From a virus: 64,000 nt of DNA. Below are positions 60,851-64,000 of this stretch, one piece after another. Within the stretch, counting starts at the first letter, position 1. Each line of letters begins with the position of its first letter. Location of the stretch: positions 1-64,000 of the IMG/VR virus record IMGVR_UViG_3300009502_000026; one strand, given 5' to 3'. The notes under the pieces were generated by a model. That model searched no databases and had not been told where the DNA came from. It saw nothing but the letters and a program-made list of their open reading frames with translations. The position numbers were made by a program, and so were the translations under genes.

Positions 60851-61495
60851 CTAATGTCCCTGACCCCAAGGGGTCACATATAGAGGTTTACCATCCCACT
60901 TATGGACACTTACAACAGAATTGATCCTAGCACCCCCGGGTCCTGGGGCTTTTCGGATGACAGGTCCAACATACTTCCCCGGAACAGGCATCACATGATC
61001 ATCACTGACAGACTTTTGAGCAATCTCACGAAGTTCTACCATCTTTGGAGAGGGCAAACCTACAACCTCATAAGTATCAGTCTGTGTTTGATCATAGCCC
61101 CAGGAACCAACCAGGATGTCCCCCACTTGAAGGCCATGCTGGAAGTTCTTTCTGGCATCTACCTGCTCTTGCTTGTAAGCTAGAGTCTTCTTTCGGTCAT
61201 CAATCGTATCCTGGATGTACTTGTCTCTGGGTGTCTCACCCATGAAGCTGTTGTACCACAAAGGCTTCTGAGACTTACCCATGAAGGCAACCGCACCGGG
61301 CTTACCCCTGGGAGTGATATAGGTATAGATTTCCAGATCCGTTCCCTGTGTATCCACAGAGACAGCATCCTTTGGGACATAGATACTATGGGGCACAGGC
61401 ACCCTTCGCATAGCCTTCTTCAGGAGAGGAAGAATCCTGTGACGAAGCTCAGGCTTCTCATGGGCTAGCTTGACGAGTCGGGTACAGAGGGTCAT
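60851..61495 (-). CDS. Leader-tagged protein with SWGYDQT domain
   Basis: MTLCTRLVKLAHEKPELRHRILPLLKKA; VGDILVGSWGYDQT..YEVV motif recalled from phage/plasmid hypotheticals. Confidence 0.75.
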   Translation of the reverse strand: MTLCTRLVKLAHEKPELRHRILPLLKKAMRRVPVPHSIYVPKDAVSVDTQGTDLEIYTYITPRGKPGAVAFMGKSQKPLWYNSFMGETPRDKYIQDTIDDRKKTLAYKQEQVDARKNFQHGLQVGDILVGSWGYDQTQTDTYEVVGLPSPKMVELREIAQKSVSDDHVMPVPGKYVGPVIRKAPGPGGARINSVVSVHKWDGKPLYVTPWGQGH

Positions 61496-61531
61496 TGGAA
61501 TTCCTTCATGGAATATGAGGCTAGAGACTAT

Positions 61532-61993
61532 CTACCGTGAAAGGGTCTCAACCAGAGCAGTCCACAGTGGATACCTGTGTTTCACATCCCCATCAGTATG
61601 ATAACTGGCAAAACTATCGGCAAAAGCTTCTTCCATGTTGTGTTGACCAAATGGAAGTGTGGATGTCTCCCAAGGATTGATACCCAACGCTTCGGCTGAC
61701 TCTATCAGATTCGAAAGACCAGCCTCGGATTCTACATGGTGCCCAAACTCATGGGTGAGAACAAAATCCTGGACAACTGAGGGCAACTCCCAGAACTTTG
61801 GGTAAAGCTCGATTCCCTTAGATGTGTACCTAGCTTCGGGATGACTGCCAGCCCCAGGATGGTCAATCTTTGTAATCCTCACCCTTGAATACTTACGAAG
61901 GGCAGAATGACGGGTGAAATACTTCTTCAGCCATGTCTCAAGATTGACTTCACGAAGAGCCCACAGAAATCTGGTTGCTACTCTGGTGTGCAT
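61532..61993 (-). CDS. Small HExxH metallopeptidase
   Basis: LTHEFGHH, NMEEAFADSF; N-terminal RVATRFL motif. Confidence 0.7.
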   Translation of the reverse strand: MHTRVATRFLWALREVNLETWLKKYFTRHSALRKYSRVRITKIDHPGAGSHPEARYTSKGIELYPKFWELPSVVQDFVLTHEFGHHVESEAGLSNLIESAEALGINPWETSTLPFGQHNMEEAFADSFASYHTDGDVKHRYPLWTALVETLSR

Positions 61994-62374
61994 TTATCTT
62001 GCCCTTGTGTAAGAGCCTAACATGATCTTACTGACTTCTTTCAAGTCCAATCCAGGATTCAGACTTCCCAGCCGTACCCAGATTCTCCCATAGGCACCCT
62101 GAAGCCATCTCTTGAGGTCTTCATCGGAAACACCTAACCGCTTTGCAGTAGCTCCCGCAGATACCGCTAGAATCTCGGCTCTCTCGGCTGCAATGGCTGT
62201 CTTGTCACCACCCTTTGCCCGTGCCATCTCATCAGCTTGACCAAACATCCTAATAACCATGGCATCCAGCTTCTCTACCAAAAGATTACCTGCCTCTTTC
62301 AACATAGGGAGTAGGTGGGGTCGGAGAGAAGGCTCATTGTGGGCAAGTCGAATAATCTTGGAACGGAGAGTCAT
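61994..62374 (-). CDS. Leader-tagged small helical protein
   Basis: MTLRSKIIRLAHNEPSLRPHLLPMLKEA; SD GAGG. Confidence 0.8.
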   Translation of the reverse strand: MTLRSKIIRLAHNEPSLRPHLLPMLKEAGNLLVEKLDAMVIRMFGQADEMARAKGGDKTAIAAERAEILAVSAGATAKRLGVSDEDLKRWLQGAYGRIWVRLGSLNPGLDLKEVSKIMLGSYTRAR

Positions 62375-62417
62375 AGAACCTCAACGATTGACAGAGATAG
62401 GGCAACTAGGGTAAGGT

Positions 62418-62978
62418 ATGACTATGAGCATTCTACTCCTCCAGGCAAACCCTGACCACACTTCATCTTTCAGCTATGTGATGTGTGATTCCATCCACCT
62501 ACAGGGAATGAATGCCAGAATCTCTGTAAGAGAAGATGACAGTATAGTAGTCTGTTGGAGGTCTGGCACTGAGAAGCTACATCTAGTCCTGAGAGGGGAC
62601 AACAATGTAGAGTGCCTGTCTGACAAGAATGTGTCGGAGGTAACAGGTCCCATAGAAGTCCTGGGTGTCCTTACCAGGGTCACCATTGGGGGAACCTGCA
62701 TCCTACTCCATGACCACATAGCCCGTAGGACTCACGGGATTCTCGTCTTCAAAGACCCTGATAACTTTGACTCCAAGGGTCTAGTCATCAGAGCTTTCAG
62801 AGATGCTTGCCAAGGGCCCTTCAAGTTCTATGAGAGTGCCCTGTCTCCCCCTCCATACAACAGGCAGGAACTCAATCGGGCTCTGGAGGCTTGGTTGACC
62901 AAGCCTTCCAACCTTGAGGACCAAGCTCCGAAGGTAGTCAGTACCCTGAAGAGTGCATGGGAGACAAGTAGGGCCTGA
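62418..62978 (+). CDS. Hypothetical protein
   Basis: 186-aa ORF filling the gap between minus-strand genes. Confidence 0.55.
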   Translation: MTMSILLLQANPDHTSSFSYVMCDSIHLQGMNARISVREDDSIVVCWRSGTEKLHLVLRGDNNVECLSDKNVSEVTGPIEVLGVLTRVTIGGTCILLHDHIARRTHGILVFKDPDNFDSKGLVIRAFRDACQGPFKFYESALSPPPYNRQELNRALEAWLTKPSNLEDQAPKVVSTLKSAWETSRA

Positions 62979-62984
62979 TGGAGA

Positions 62985-63836
62985 CTAACCTGTAGGTGTG
63001 GATTGCAGCAAATCCAACAGTCCGGTCGATTCTGTAAAAGGTCCGTAGTACCCTACATATTCATATCTAGGTTGGGTACTTCTCCCTTGTGAGGGAGTAT
63101 GGTGCATCTCGGATTGCTTCAGCACATAGTCCCACAGTAAGTGCAATGTTCCGGGGTTGCACACCAAGACAGCAACCCCATCGGGTATCGCTTTATTCTT
63201 CACCCAATCATACATCAGCGACCAATCTTCCAAGTCCCACTTTGTTGACCCGTAGCCTGCTGTCTCTGGATAAGGAGAGTCCAGGTACACCAAGTCCCCT
63301 GGACGGGACCTGCTAACCGTCTCTTTCCAATTACCCCGAACATACTCCTCACAACCCCAGCCGGAACCATAAGACTCCTGCAAGCGTCTTAGCAAGAAGT
63401 AGGGGTCCCCACCATTCCTGGCTGTGTTGATTGGGGTTGCAAAAGAACCGTCATCATTGGTCTGCCATCTATTCCCCCAAGCTGAATAAAGGCACACCAT
63501 GAATCGAAGTGCTTTGTCCCTATCGGACAAACCATCAAAGTCTACATCTTTCAAGTCACGGTAGTACTGGATACGTTCAGGGGTGACATCTTCCAAAGTG
63601 GGTGCCTGCACCCTCCCCATAAGCCAATACTCTTGGGCTGACATCAACCAAGGATTCAGGTCACCTACAATCTGTGGGGTACTTGGAAATAGACTGCGGA
63701 CATAACGGGAAACTACCCCTGAACCCACAAAGGGTTCAATCCATCTACCAGACCCTCCCCAACCAAGGATGTAGTGCTCTAAGACAGACAGCATCCTAGT
63801 CTTTGCCCCGTTCCAGGGAAAGGGTGGGGGTTTCAT
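62985..63836 (-). CDS. Dam-like (D12 class) DNA adenine methyltransferase
   Basis: PFPWNGAK, IEPFVGSG, GDLN, VYLDSPY (DPPY variant); start likely MKPPP at 63836. Confidence 0.8.
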   Translation of the reverse strand: MKPPPFPWNGAKTRMLSVLEHYILGWGGSGRWIEPFVGSGVVSRYVRSLFPSTPQIVGDLNPWLMSAQEYWLMGRVQAPTLEDVTPERIQYYRDLKDVDFDGLSDRDKALRFMVCLYSAWGNRWQTNDDGSFATPINTARNGGDPYFLLRRLQESYGSGWGCEEYVRGNWKETVSRSRPGDLVYLDSPYPETAGYGSTKWDLEDWSLMYDWVKNKAIPDGVAVLVCNPGTLHLLWDYVLKQSEMHHTPSQGRSTQPRYEYVGYYGPFTESTGLLDLLQSTPTG

Positions 63837-63867
63837 GTTCTGTACAGTACCCTGGAACCCCAAATAG

Positions 63868-63904
63868 CCGGGAGCCCGGCTCCTTTTGAGAACCGGGCTT
63901 CCGG
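63868..63904. terminator. Imperfect GC-rich hairpin
   Basis: CCGGGAGCCCGGCTC-loop-GAGAACCGGGCTTCCGG upstream of the Dam-like gene. Confidence 0.4.
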
Positions 63905-64000
63905 GGGGTTCTACTCAGTTAGAGAAACTAGGCAGGTATTCCGCTATCAGCGGGTTACCGTGAGCCTTACGAGGCCCCTGGGGTTGTACGCCCCAATACC

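Overview
This window is part of a large (jumbo-type) contractile-tailed bacteriophage genome. It is densely coding, mostly on the minus strand, and reads cleanly in the standard genetic code. It holds a tail/neck morphogenesis block (tail tube fragment, 1649-aa sheath, completion and neck-like proteins, an actin-fold ATPase), about 15 kb of collagen/fibre genes in four repeated cassettes, and scattered enzymes (LigA, two DNA methyltransferases, amidase, metacaspase, vWA protein, GIY-YIG protein, five HExxH metallopeptidases). Four things stand out. (1) A conserved ~28-aa leader (LRSKLIRLAHxNPELRPHLLPILK[TE]A) is fused to 11 unrelated proteins and occurs twice inside a twelfth. It looks like a capsid-targeting/processing tag for virion cargo, including an apparent polyprotein. 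(2) A neck-type gene is fractured by an atypically split intein (30-aa IntN, 134-aa IntC) with a free-standing PD-(D/E)xK endonuclease between the halves. (3) Two promoter-like motifs are visible: CGNT-N7-C(T/A/G)AT before structural and cargo genes, and GTTAAGWTT-N13-GTAAGTA before three non-structural genes. (4) Two adjacent genes appear to use ATT and GTA start codons. All family assignments come from motif recognition by eye; no database searches were run.
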